Positions 55,617 to 64,000 of a stretch of DNA of 64,000 bases are shown here, one piece after another; positions within the stretch are counted from its first letter, which is position 1, and each line of letters opens with the position of its first letter. The stretch comes from Berkelbacteria bacterium GW2011_GWE1_39_12 (GTDB taxonomy: Bacteria; Patescibacteriota; UBA1384; UBA12157): positions 848,298 to 912,297 of the forward strand of contig CP011213.1 in NCBI GenBank assembly GCA_001029735.1, in the 5' to 3' direction. Under the pieces are notes generated by a model that was given only the letters and a program-made list of their open reading frames with translations, ran no database searches and had not been told where the DNA came from. The position numbers and the translations under genes were made by a program.

Positions 55617-55645
55617 TTGCTTTTCGCTTTTTGTTCGGCTAATAT
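55617..55645 (+). promoter_or_regulatory. dinB operon promoter with putative LexA box
   Basis: TTGCTT-17-TAATAT with TTCG-N7-TTCG at 55623-55637. Confidence 0.75.
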
Positions 55646-55651
55646 TTAATT

Positions 55652-55873
55652 ATGGAACAAATAAAAGTTTTAGCCAAATTTAATCTAGATAAAATCGAAA
55701 TAGCCGCTTTTAGTCGAGCGGGGCGGTCTTATAAAATAACTCGTCAAAACTTCGTTCATCATTTCCGCGAAGGCGACCGAACGATTTTTATTTTCCATGT
55801 TTCCGACGAAGCCAATACTTATCAACTACGTTTCGAGCCAGAAACATTAAAGTGGTTTTTGGTAGAGGACTAA
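55652..55873 (+). CDS. Small beta-rich protein co-transcribed with dinB (ImuB-C/YqjX/DUF6504-like candidate)
   Basis: F...GR.Y.I...F.V...Y.L.F.....W.L pattern; 7 nt upstream of dinB. Confidence 0.65.
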   Translation: MEQIKVLAKFNLDKIEIAAFSRAGRSYKITRQNFVHHFREGDRTIFIFHVSDEANTYQLRFEPETLKWFLVED

Positions 55874-55880
55874 ACAAAAC

Positions 55881-57089
55881 ATGGTTATGCACTTAGATAT
55901 GAACTCATATTTTGCCACCGTGGAGCAGCAATGCGACCCGTTTTTACGCGGTAAACCTATCTGCATTGCCGGCAAAGGCAAAAACGAACGAACAGTTTGC
56001 GCGGCCGCTTCTATCGAAGCAAAGAAGTTTGGCGTTAAAAGCAGCACTAGTGCCTGGGAGGCAAAAGCGCTGTGTCCGGACATTATCTTAGTTCCCCCTG
56101 ATTTCGAAAAATATCAATTTATCAGCCGAAAAGTTTTTGCCATACTCGAAGAATATTCACCAACTATCGAAATTTTTTCGATTGATGAAGCCTTTGCCGA
56201 TTTAAGCCATATCAAGACTTATACCGAAGCCGCTGTTTTAGCCCAAGAAATAAAATTCCGGATTAGAAATGAAATTGGCGAATACTTGAAATGTTCAGTG
56301 GGACTTGCTGAAAACAAACTGCTCGCCAAGCTGGCTTCCGAGATGCAAAAGCCAGATGGTTTAACCATAATCAAAAGACACCATGTCAAAGATATATTAG
56401 ACAAAACACCAATTGAAGAACTCTGCGGGATTGGTTCGCGCCTACAATTAAGACTTAATAGTCTCGGCATTAAAATGGTAGGGGAATTAGGCGCTTACTC
56501 TTTAGAAAATTTAATCCAACTCTTTGGACCTCATTCAGGAAAGCATCTTAAACAAATGGGACAGGGGATTGATTCTTCGCCGATCATATCTTACCGTGAT
56601 TTTCCTGCCGAAAAGTCTTTTGGCCATTCTTATACGCTACCCAAAGATATCAGTGATATTAATGAAGCTAAAAAAGTCTTGCTGAAACTTTCTGAAAAAG
56701 TCGGTCGCCGGATGCGTAAAGCCGGAGTTTTTGGCAAAACCATTCATGTGTATTTGAGATTTTTTGATTTTACAGGTTTTGGTAAACAAGCTTCCGGCGC
56801 TTATCTTCAAAACGGATATGATATTTATCAAGCTGCTTTAAAGATACTCGAAAGCAATCCGTCTAAACGTCCAATCCGCTTAATTGGCGTTTCGGTAAGC
56901 AATCTTAAAAATGCTAGACAAGTTAATCAGGTTTTATTTTTAGACAAACAAAAAGAAGAAAAAGCGCTGAACGCTACTGACAAAATTAATGATCATTTTG
57001 GCGAGTTCACAATTTTTCGTAGCTCGTTAGTCAAAATTAAAGATAGAATTCAAAATATTCCAGACGGAAGAAACAAAAGACTGATGTAA
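55881..57089 (+). CDS. dinB: DNA polymerase IV (Y family)
   Basis: HLDMNSYFATVEQ, SIDEAF, SVG.A.NK.LAKLAS..QKPDG, KSFGH, IRLIGV. Confidence 0.95.
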   Translation: MVMHLDMNSYFATVEQQCDPFLRGKPICIAGKGKNERTVCAAASIEAKKFGVKSSTSAWEAKALCPDIILVPPDFEKYQFISRKVFAILEEYSPTIEIFSIDEAFADLSHIKTYTEAAVLAQEIKFRIRNEIGEYLKCSVGLAENKLLAKLASEMQKPDGLTIIKRHHVKDILDKTPIEELCGIGSRLQLRLNSLGIKMVGELGAYSLENLIQLFGPHSGKHLKQMGQGIDSSPIISYRDFPAEKSFGHSYTLPKDISDINEAKKVLLKLSEKVGRRMRKAGVFGKTIHVYLRFFDFTGFGKQASGAYLQNGYDIYQAALKILESNPSKRPIRLIGVSVSNLKNARQVNQVLFLDKQKEEKALNATDKINDHFGEFTIFRSSLVKIKDRIQNIPDGRNKRLM

Positions 57090-57184
57090 AAAAAGAACCC
57101 CGTCCATATATTGTTTTGAGAGGGACCGTTCTCAAAAGCATGGACGGGGTTTGACGTGAGGAGGCATGGGACAGAAAAGACTGC
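57088..57184 (-). ncRNA. Putative ~100-nt sRNA with CCUCCU motif
   Basis: TTGACA(57220-57215)-18-TGtTATTAT promoter; 12-bp terminator stem 57096-57151 with U-run; CCTCCT at 57164-57159. Confidence 0.5.
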
Positions 57185-57287
57185 AAAAGTATAATAACAC
57201 GCCCTTGCACCAATTGTCAAGAGATAATATACTGGTAGAGAAGATAATTCAGACAAATTTTCTGATTAGAAATTTAAAGGAGACATT

Positions 57288-58286
57288 TTGAACCAAGATA
57301 AACCTATTTTTGTCCCACATGAAGACAGTACGAATAATTCAAGTGATCAAAACAATACACCAGCTGCAGACCCAAACGATAATCAAAGTAATTCAACTTT
57401 CGACCCACCGCTAAGCCCAAGTAATCCAATAGAAAAACCTACTACTTCGCCATCTTCAAATCCTCAAATAAATGATTTAACTGCCGCTCCAAAATTTGAA
57501 GCGAAATCAATTCCTGAAACGCCGGCACCAACACAAGTACCACCAAAACCGGAAGTAACATTGACACAGCCAGTGGATACGAGCAAACCAGCGCCAACGG
57601 CACCAGTATTTAACAAGGAGCCAGATCTCGCATCAACAATGTTTCCGCCAAAAAAAACCTCTGGAACAGGCGTCGCTGTCGCCACTACCGCCATCTTAGC
57701 TGTAGCCTTTGTCGCCATTGGTTTTGCTGGTGGATTTTTTGGCTATAAATATTCGCCAAAATTAGCCAGCTTAATCAAAACTTCAGCCGACTCAAGTAAT
57801 GCCACGACTACAACAGATAACACCCAACCCCAATCAACCAGTGCCACACCGGGCGATGTTTCAGTTTGGCCAATTTACGACAATACTACTTATCTTTACT
57901 CAGTTAAATATCCTGACAATTGGTATAGCCAAAATACCGATGACTCAACGGCTGCAACCGCCACTTTCACTAATTTTGCCCCACAAAGTAAAACCAATAC
58001 TGAAGAAAAAATTGAGGTTTCTGCCCAAAGCGCCAATAGCCAAGATTTAAAAACATGGATTGAAGCACAAAACACTATTTCTCAAAATACGGCTACTTTG
58101 ACAAAGCTGACAATTTCAGGACAAGACGCTTATCAACAAGAAACAGCTGGTGAAAACAAAACTCTGACAACTTTTATTAAACAAGGTGAAAACATTATTT
58201 CCATCATATATTCAGCCGACGCCGGCGTTTACAACGATGGAAAAGCTGTTTACAACACTGTAATCGCTTCATTTAAACTTTCTTGA
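57288..58286 (+). CDS. Membrane protein: Pro-rich N-terminus, TM, PsbP-like C-terminal domain
   Basis: P/T/S-rich region, TM, W..Y.N..Y.YS.KYP.NW motif, ends SFKL. Confidence 0.75.
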   Translation: MNQDKPIFVPHEDSTNNSSDQNNTPAADPNDNQSNSTFDPPLSPSNPIEKPTTSPSSNPQINDLTAAPKFEAKSIPETPAPTQVPPKPEVTLTQPVDTSKPAPTAPVFNKEPDLASTMFPPKKTSGTGVAVATTAILAVAFVAIGFAGGFFGYKYSPKLASLIKTSADSSNATTTTDNTQPQSTSATPGDVSVWPIYDNTTYLYSVKYPDNWYSQNTDDSTAATATFTNFAPQSKTNTEEKIEVSAQSANSQDLKTWIEAQNTISQNTATLTKLTISGQDAYQQETAGENKTLTTFIKQGENIISIIYSADAGVYNDGKAVYNTVIASFKLS

Positions 58287-58353
58287 TCTACCTTGCAACA
58301 AGTGCAAGGTTTTTCTTGAATTTTAATAGGTTTACAACCTCTAAAATAAAATT

Positions 58354-58788
58354 ATGAAATTAGAATTCTCTGCTGGTGGTATCGTCTACAAAAAACAAGG
58401 GGACGATATTTATTTTGCTGTAATCCTAAATCATGACAAGCAATGGACTTTTCCAAAAGGTCATATTGAGAAAGGCGAGAAACCGGAAGAAGCTGCCATA
58501 AGAGAGGTCGGGGAAGAAATTGGTATCCCTAATTTACAAATCGAAAACTTACTAGAAAAAATTGATTATTGGTTTGTATTTAAAGGGGATAAGATCCATA
58601 AGTTTGTTTATTTCTATCTATTAGAGGCACCCGCTGAGGCAGAACTCATACCTCAACTAGAAGAAGTCGGTGATGCTCAATGGCTTAAGCCAACTGAATT
58701 GTTAGATAGTCTCAAATACAAAGAGGATTTTTCTATTACAAAAAAAGCATTTTCTCTGTTAAAAATAGATTCCATCTTTAATAAATAA
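58354..58788 (+). CDS. NUDIX hydrolase
   Basis: PKGHIEKGE.PEEAAIREVGEEIG Nudix box. Confidence 0.92.
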   Translation: MKLEFSAGGIVYKKQGDDIYFAVILNHDKQWTFPKGHIEKGEKPEEAAIREVGEEIGIPNLQIENLLEKIDYWFVFKGDKIHKFVYFYLLEAPAEAELIPQLEEVGDAQWLKPTELLDSLKYKEDFSITKKAFSLLKIDSIFNK

Positions 58789-58909
58789 AAAAATTAGGCT
58801 ACAATATAAATAGATACGATTACAGATCTTAAGGAGGGAAATGCTCGTAAATCGTTCAATTTTAGGTATTAAGCAGGCAATTATTTTGCCTCTCTTTTTG
58901 TAGGAAGAC

Positions 58910-60256
58910 GTGAATAAATTTATCAATTTTCTCAAGGAAAATTCGCAGTTCATCTATTCAGTTATATTAATTATACTGATTCCTATTTTGATAGTCGCAA
59001 ATACGCTTTGGCAGATAAGATCGAGTAACGCAACTCAAGAAGCAGAGCAAGAAAAAAAAGCACTTCTAACTGAAGCAGTTTTAGTTAATTCTATCGATGT
59101 CATTAAACAACCACCAGCATATATTCAAAACCAGATCGATAACATAGCCAAAGAAAATGATGAAATAAAAGAGATAACAATTTTAAATACTAAAAGTGAT
59201 GGATTTGCGGTTTTAGCCTCTACAAATCAGCAGAACTTGGGTTTAACTTTCACATCCGAAGAATATATTAAAGCCTTTGCTCAAGACAAACCGTCTATAA
59301 ATATAATCCAAGATACTTCAAAAACAACTAATGAGCGATTTTTAACGGTGAGTGCGCCGATTAAAAATAGCCTAAGCGCTCAAAAAACTGCTCTCGTTAA
59401 TGTAAAAATCTCTTTATCAGATATTGATACTCTAAACCGTAAAAATTACAGTACAACCTTGGTTTTCTTGGTTGTAACAGTTTTTCTTGTTCTGTTGCTT
59501 CTCATAAACTTTGCACGATTCTTTGAATTTGCAGTTTTGTTTAAAAAATTAAATGAAGTCGATAAAATGAAAGACGATTTCATTTCCATCGCTACTCATG
59601 AAATGAAAACTCCTATGGCAGCAATTAAAGGGTATATTTCCATGATGATGGAAGGGCTAGTTGGAAAATTCGATGATAAAACCAGAGATCATTTACTAAA
59701 AATTAATACTAATATTCAACGACTTGATTTGCTTTTGAGTGAAACTTTAGATGTCTCGCGTTTGGAGCAGGGAAGAATGCAGTTCGATATGCAACCGTAC
59801 GATATTAGCAAGGTAGTTGAGCAATCCATCAAAATGTCACTGGATCAAGCTATCACAAAGGGATTAAAACTAAGTCAAGAAAAGTTGGAACGTATGCCGA
59901 TGACCTTTATTGATCCGGATAGAATTCAACAAGTTGTCGATAACTTGATCGGAAACGCAGTTAAGTATACTCAAAAAGGCAGTGTCACGGTTCTCTATAA
60001 GATGGAAAATGGCCAGCTGCGCGTTATAGTAAAAGATACAGGTATCGGCATGAACGAGGAAGATCGAAAAGGCCTATTTACAAAGTTTTATAGAATTAAA
60101 AATGAAAAAACTGTCGATATTGCTGGTACTGGTTTGGGACTGTGGATTGCTCGAGAAATCGTAAGAAAAATGAATGGAGATATTTTAGTGAATTCTAAAG
60201 AGAATGTTGGTTCAGAGTTTATTATTTCTCTCCCGTATATGAAGGAAAAAGTATGA
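58910..60256 (+). CDS. Membrane sensor histidine kinase
   Basis: 2 TM, H box ATHEMKTP, N box NL..NAVKYT, G boxes DTGIG and GTGLGL. Confidence 0.93.
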   Translation: MNKFINFLKENSQFIYSVILIILIPILIVANTLWQIRSSNATQEAEQEKKALLTEAVLVNSIDVIKQPPAYIQNQIDNIAKENDEIKEITILNTKSDGFAVLASTNQQNLGLTFTSEEYIKAFAQDKPSINIIQDTSKTTNERFLTVSAPIKNSLSAQKTALVNVKISLSDIDTLNRKNYSTTLVFLVVTVFLVLLLLINFARFFEFAVLFKKLNEVDKMKDDFISIATHEMKTPMAAIKGYISMMMEGLVGKFDDKTRDHLLKINTNIQRLDLLLSETLDVSRLEQGRMQFDMQPYDISKVVEQSIKMSLDQAITKGLKLSQEKLERMPMTFIDPDRIQQVVDNLIGNAVKYTQKGSVTVLYKMENGQLRVIVKDTGIGMNEEDRKGLFTKFYRIKNEKTVDIAGTGLGLWIAREIVRKMNGDILVNSKENVGSEFIISLPYMKEKV

Positions 60257-61353
60257 AAAAGACAACCATACTTTTTGTTATCTTATATTTAGTAATTTTC
60301 GTCTCAGTCAGCTGGTGGGCTTATAATAAATATTTTCGTAATACCAGCGCTATTAGCGGCGAGACTCAAACAATTAGTTTTAACAAGAATAAAACTATTT
60401 TTTATACAATTGAGAATAATCTTTATTTGTTAAACTCTGACAATCTGAATAAATCCACCAACCAAATTGGCACTTTAAGATTGCAATCTACTGGTGAAGT
60501 CCAAACGATTAATTTTGATCAAAAGAATGAATTCATTGTTTATAGTAGCATTAACCCCCAGAATGCGTCCGAAATTTGGAAGGTCGATTTAGCTGACAAC
60601 CACTCAGAAAAGATATTCGCCAAAGAAATCCCTGGCTTCGAAAATTACACGAATTTTAGAAGCCCAAAGATGTCAAATACTGAACGTTTTATGGTTTTTA
60701 TCGCTAAACTGTCAGCTAATTCAGGCGTTGATGATATTTTTCTGTGGGATATAGAGCAAAACAGTATTGAAAATTTAACCAAACAAACCATAAAAAGCAA
60801 AATATCTGCCATTTGCTGGTCAGGTTCTGAACAAAAAATTTATTACGCCGCAGAAGATACAACCGGCAGCTTGGTTAGCCTAATGGATTTAAAAGCAATA
60901 AATCAAAATGTCTTTGTAAGCCCTGATAAAATTACCAGGATGGAAGCTACTCGAGATCGCTTAATTCTTTCTCTCCAAGACGCTAATTTAACAACAAATC
61001 TAAGTTATATTTTATATGCTAAGCCTCAAAGTATCATTCCTATTACTGATCTGGCTTCTCCTAAGACACTAGTGAATTTTGATCTTTCTTCAGATTTCAA
61101 AAAAATAATTTATCAGGTTAATGACTCAAACTTAAAAACCAATGATCTTTATTTAGTAAATAGTGATGGCAATAATTTGCTTCAACTATCAACTGACGGC
61201 AAATCGTATTTTGGTGTTTTCTCGCCAGAGAACGATAAGATAGCGTTCTGGAGCAATGGATCCGGTATCTATACCGAGGGCTTAACAAAAGATAACAAAC
61301 AAAAACTGCTAAACGAGAGTAAACTAATCAACAAAATTATTATTTGGAGGTAA
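60253..61353 (+). CDS. TolB-like beta-propeller exported protein
   Basis: N-terminal TM; repeated W/FS.D...I.Y...dlyl motifs. Confidence 0.75.
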   Translation: MKKTTILFVILYLVIFVSVSWWAYNKYFRNTSAISGETQTISFNKNKTIFYTIENNLYLLNSDNLNKSTNQIGTLRLQSTGEVQTINFDQKNEFIVYSSINPQNASEIWKVDLADNHSEKIFAKEIPGFENYTNFRSPKMSNTERFMVFIAKLSANSGVDDIFLWDIEQNSIENLTKQTIKSKISAICWSGSEQKIYYAAEDTTGSLVSLMDLKAINQNVFVSPDKITRMEATRDRLILSLQDANLTTNLSYILYAKPQSIIPITDLASPKTLVNFDLSSDFKKIIYQVNDSNLKTNDLYLVNSDGNNLLQLSTDGKSYFGVFSPENDKIAFWSNGSGIYTEGLTKDNKQKLLNESKLINKIIIWR

Positions 61354-61354
61354 A

Positions 61355-62479
61355 GTGGACGAAAAAAAGACCGAACCAGCAAAAAAGAAGAAGAAAATAA
61401 AAGCCTTAACCATCATTTCGATTGCCGCGCTTTGCATAATTTTCGGATTTGGCGGTTTTATTGCCTATAAGAGATATTTCACCAAAGAGAAAATGGCTTC
61501 AATTTTCAGCCCTACAAAAATCAATGTCAGTGAAGATTTAACGGTTCAAAACAAGTTAGACGGCACCAAAGTCTTACAGGAGAAAGCCGATCGCCATCCG
61601 CTAGCCGTAATAATTGAAAATCATCCTGATGCCAGACCGCAAGCCGGCCTGGACAAAGCTTCGATCGTTTACGAAGCCATAACTGAAGGCGGAATTACTC
61701 GTTTTATGGCCATATTCGGACCTTATGATGCGGCAAAAATTGGCCCCGTTAGGTCCGCGAGAACATATTATATTGACTGGTTAAAGGAATTTAATGCCTT
61801 CTATGCTCATGTCGGTGGTAATCTCGACGCTCTAGATAAGATAAAAACCGATGGGATTATGGATCTTGACCAGTTTGGCCTGGGCACTGCAGCTTATTGG
61901 CGTGTACCTAAAGCTGGAATCGCCACCGAACACACAATGTACACTTCAACAGATAAGCTTTATCAGTATGCTTTTAACACTAAAAAATGGTCAAATAGTT
62001 CTGATTATAAATCTTTGACCTTTACGCCAGCCGTGGAATTGGCTGACAGGTCAGCTGGGCAAACAGTTACAATTGATTTTTCTTCGCCTTCATATCTGGT
62101 CAGATGGACATACGACAAAGCAACCAACACGTATCTGCGCGATTTAGACGGAAAAGCTCACAATGATTTGGTATCAGGTAAACAATTAGCGAGTTCTAAT
62201 ATAATTATTCAAGAAGTAGACCGATGGGAAGTTACAACCGCAATCAATGAGAGCGGATACGCCATGAAGACGATTGGAACAGGTAAAGCTTTAATATTCA
62301 GCCAAGGAAAGAAAACAACTGGCACCTGGAGCAAAACAGACCAAACATCGCGAACCATATTTTTAGACAGTACAGGTAAGGAAATAACGTTTATACCTGG
62401 TCAGTTCTGGATTGAGATCACCCCACCTGATGTTTTCTCTGGTATAAAAGTAACCGATTTGGCACCTAGCACCAACTAA
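61355..62479 (+). CDS. DUF3048 family protein
   Basis: P.AV.IEN...ARPQ.GL..A.IVYE...EGGITRF, GPVRSAR, HVGG, EHTMY. Confidence 0.85.
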   Translation: MDEKKTEPAKKKKKIKALTIISIAALCIIFGFGGFIAYKRYFTKEKMASIFSPTKINVSEDLTVQNKLDGTKVLQEKADRHPLAVIIENHPDARPQAGLDKASIVYEAITEGGITRFMAIFGPYDAAKIGPVRSARTYYIDWLKEFNAFYAHVGGNLDALDKIKTDGIMDLDQFGLGTAAYWRVPKAGIATEHTMYTSTDKLYQYAFNTKKWSNSSDYKSLTFTPAVELADRSAGQTVTIDFSSPSYLVRWTYDKATNTYLRDLDGKAHNDLVSGKQLASSNIIIQEVDRWEVTTAINESGYAMKTIGTGKALIFSQGKKTTGTWSKTDQTSRTIFLDSTGKEITFIPGQFWIEITPPDVFSGIKVTDLAPSTN

Positions 62480-62490
62480 TCACGCCTAAT

Positions 62491-63046
62491 GATAACCACC
62501 GGCGAATGCCGGTGGTATCTATCCTGCCCGCTGATCGCGGGCGAGGTTACAACAGGACTGGTTGAGCTGATTGCTGTTTGTCTTGGTTTTGAATGTATTT
62601 TCTGATTGCTATTTCACTGATGCCGATAGTGGAAACAAAGTATCCACGACTCCAAAAGGTTCCTAAGGGAATCTTTTTGTTTTTCTTTTTGATCCAAGCG
62701 GATGATTTACCTTTCAGAATGCTCATGGCGTAGCTAACAGAGTATTTAGGAGGAATAGAAATATAGATATGAATATGGTCATCGGCAATATGGATTTCGT
62801 AAATCACAAGTCCTTTCCATTTGGCGATCATCTTGAAGATACGTTCAAATTCTTGTTTAATATAGGTAGAACACATGACTCTACCGCGATACTTTGGTGA
62901 CCAGACCAAGTGGTATCGACAACAGTATAACGCATGATTTAGTTGGTACAATCGAGAATTAGACAATAAAATCACCTCCTTCCTTCGTCGGGGTGATTTT
63001 ATTGTAACGCGATGCTTTAAAACGCACACGCCAGCTAAAGCTGGCG
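62491..63046 (-). mobile_element. IS200/IS605-family element (tnpA only) with subterminal hairpins
   Basis: Hairpins ACCACCGGC-GAAT-GCCGGTGGT (62495-62516) and CGCCAGC-TAAA-GCTGGCG (63029-63046) flank tnpA; exact ends uncertain. Confidence 0.8.
62547..62966 (-). CDS. tnpA: IS200-family Y1 transposase
   Basis: YHLVW.PKYR, DHIH (HUH), LKGKS, FWSRGYFVST.G, YI.NQ; TTG start after AGGAGGTGA. Confidence 0.95.
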   Translation of the reverse strand: MSNSRLYQLNHALYCCRYHLVWSPKYRGRVMCSTYIKQEFERIFKMIAKWKGLVIYEIHIADDHIHIYISIPPKYSVSYAMSILKGKSSAWIKKKNKKIPLGTFWSRGYFVSTIGISEIAIRKYIQNQDKQQSAQPVLL

Positions 63047-63123
63047 GATTTTCCTTTAACTAAAAAGGACCCGCAGAGAGGCTTTTTAAGCCTTCTGGGG
63101 CCCTTTTTGTATACAATACATAG

Positions 63124-63660
63124 TTATAGACTGGCCATAACCGATTCAACTCGTAAGTGCCAAGTATCACCGACACAATAGATAGGGTTGATTTTAGCAG
63201 GCGTATCTAAACCACGACTGAAGTAAACACGTTTGATATAGTCAAACTGGTCACGAATACCTTCTTCTGGGGTAGACCATGAGGCCCAACCACCAGATTT
63301 GGCCTTACGACCAAAGTAGTTGTGGTTGCGTTCGGCAAGCGAAGAACCATAATTACCGGATTCGTGGTAACCAATAGCATAAACTAATTTCCAGTCAACG
63401 GAGTATTCAGGAGCAATAGACTGCATGAAAGCCTTAATTTTTTCAGGGGTAGGATTTTCATTAAAATCCTTCATATCGGCCTCAGAAACACCAATAATAA
63501 TTTCGGTTTTTTGAGGTTCGATTTTTAACATCTGGCTAGCACCCTTATCAAAAACAATGTTTGATTCAGGTTTATTACTCTTAGCCTGGGCGATAGCGGT
63601 AGAAGCTAAGAAGATAGCGGCAACAGATAAAGAGATAGTTAATATTTTCTTAATAGTCAT
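63124..63660 (-). CDS. Secreted lysozyme-fold muramidase/glucosaminidase (GH73-like)
   Basis: Signal peptide; AI..HES..G.S....HNYFG; Y..RGL.T..I..IY...W...V. Confidence 0.75.
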   Translation of the reverse strand: MTIKKILTISLSVAAIFLASTAIAQAKSNKPESNIVFDKGASQMLKIEPQKTEIIIGVSEADMKDFNENPTPEKIKAFMQSIAPEYSVDWKLVYAIGYHESGNYGSSLAERNHNYFGRKAKSGGWASWSTPEEGIRDQFDYIKRVYFSRGLDTPAKINPIYCVGDTWHLRVESVMASL

Positions 63661-63833
63661 TGAAACTCCTTTAATTAAATTAATAAAAAAATCTTTCGGA
63701 TCTCTCCAAAAGACGATCTAGTATATCATATAAGTAACCGCTTGTCAAGATATTAACCCACAATCGGTAAACAAAAAGAGCCTTTGCAAAGCATTGGCTC
63801 TTTTTGAATATTTAATATTAAATTGTTTTACCC

Positions 63834-64000
63834 TTACATACCTATCTCGTAGGCAATAGTTTTAACTTTGGTTACATACCATTGTGCATGGTTATAGTTA
63901 AACAAAGCATCGTCAATACGACCTTCGTCGGCACCGGATCTAGCTAAATAGTGAGCCGCGCCGTAAATAGCATCAACAACGTCAGTCGCATCAGCGACAC
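63834..64000 (-). CDS. Lytic transglycosylase, C-terminal end (partial)
   Basis: DAIYGAAHYLARSG...ALFNYNHAQWYV.KV* read by hand. Confidence 0.75.
   Translation of the reverse strand, partial: VADATDVVDAIYGAAHYLARSGADEGRIDDALFNYNHAQWYVTKVKTIAYEIGM

Noticed and set aside
57050-57291. ORF 57050-57256 (-) and a 41-aa plus-strand ORF at 57166-57291
   Set aside because: The first starts upstream of the minus-strand promoter and runs through the terminator; the second has only 1 nt between SD and ATG
1168-58953. Numerous 60-200-aa antisense or alternate-frame ORFs nested in housekeeping genes (e.g. 2882-3478, 24011-24349, 35441-35806, 38963-39286)
   Set aside because: Fully overlap well-supported genes and lack RBS and motifs
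1-64000. Alternative genetic code (TGA=Gly) as in Gracilibacteria/Absconditabacteria
   Set aside because: Conserved genes read full length in code 11, and several end at TGA with no in-frame TGA

Overview
AT-rich bacterial chromosome segment using genetic code 11 (TGA is stop). Gene content and streamlined core proteins point to a Patescibacteria/CPR genome (inference): RpoA lacks its alpha-CTD, PheS is N-truncated, PheT lacks the B2 domain, and the RSH is short. Housekeeping content: the end of the map-infA-rpmJ-rpsM-rpsK-rpsD-rpoA-rplQ-rplM-rpsI cluster, rbfA, pheST, rnc/nusB/rpmF/leuS, cell-envelope genes, nusA, clpC, relA/spoT, hisS, lexA, dinB and three tRNAs. A long minus-strand fermentative operon holds pgi/pmi, eno, three tandem gpmI, an ADP-forming acyl-CoA synthetase and a 2-oxoacid:ferredoxin oxidoreductase. 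Mobile elements are a REP-flanked RAYT transposase and an IS200-type tnpA. Self-contained orphan units with their own promoter, RBS and terminator are scattered between the housekeeping genes. Best candidates for undescribed biology: (1) unrelated orphan ORFs sharing a 102-nt structured leader (45541-45642 and 46027-46128) and a conserved 3' hairpin family (45092, 46276, 49558), suggesting a cassette-like system; (2) an RNB (RNase II/R) nuclease with C-terminal dsRNA-binding domains, transcribed divergently from a ~115-nt promoter/terminator-bounded hairpin ncRNA; (3) a SigB/F-type sigma factor with a winged-helix extension that probably continues through a +1 frameshift; (4) an anti-Shine-Dalgarno sRNA candidate next to dinB. 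No CRISPR array, rRNA, integrase or reverse transcriptase was seen. All family assignments come from motif recognition by eye; no database search was run.
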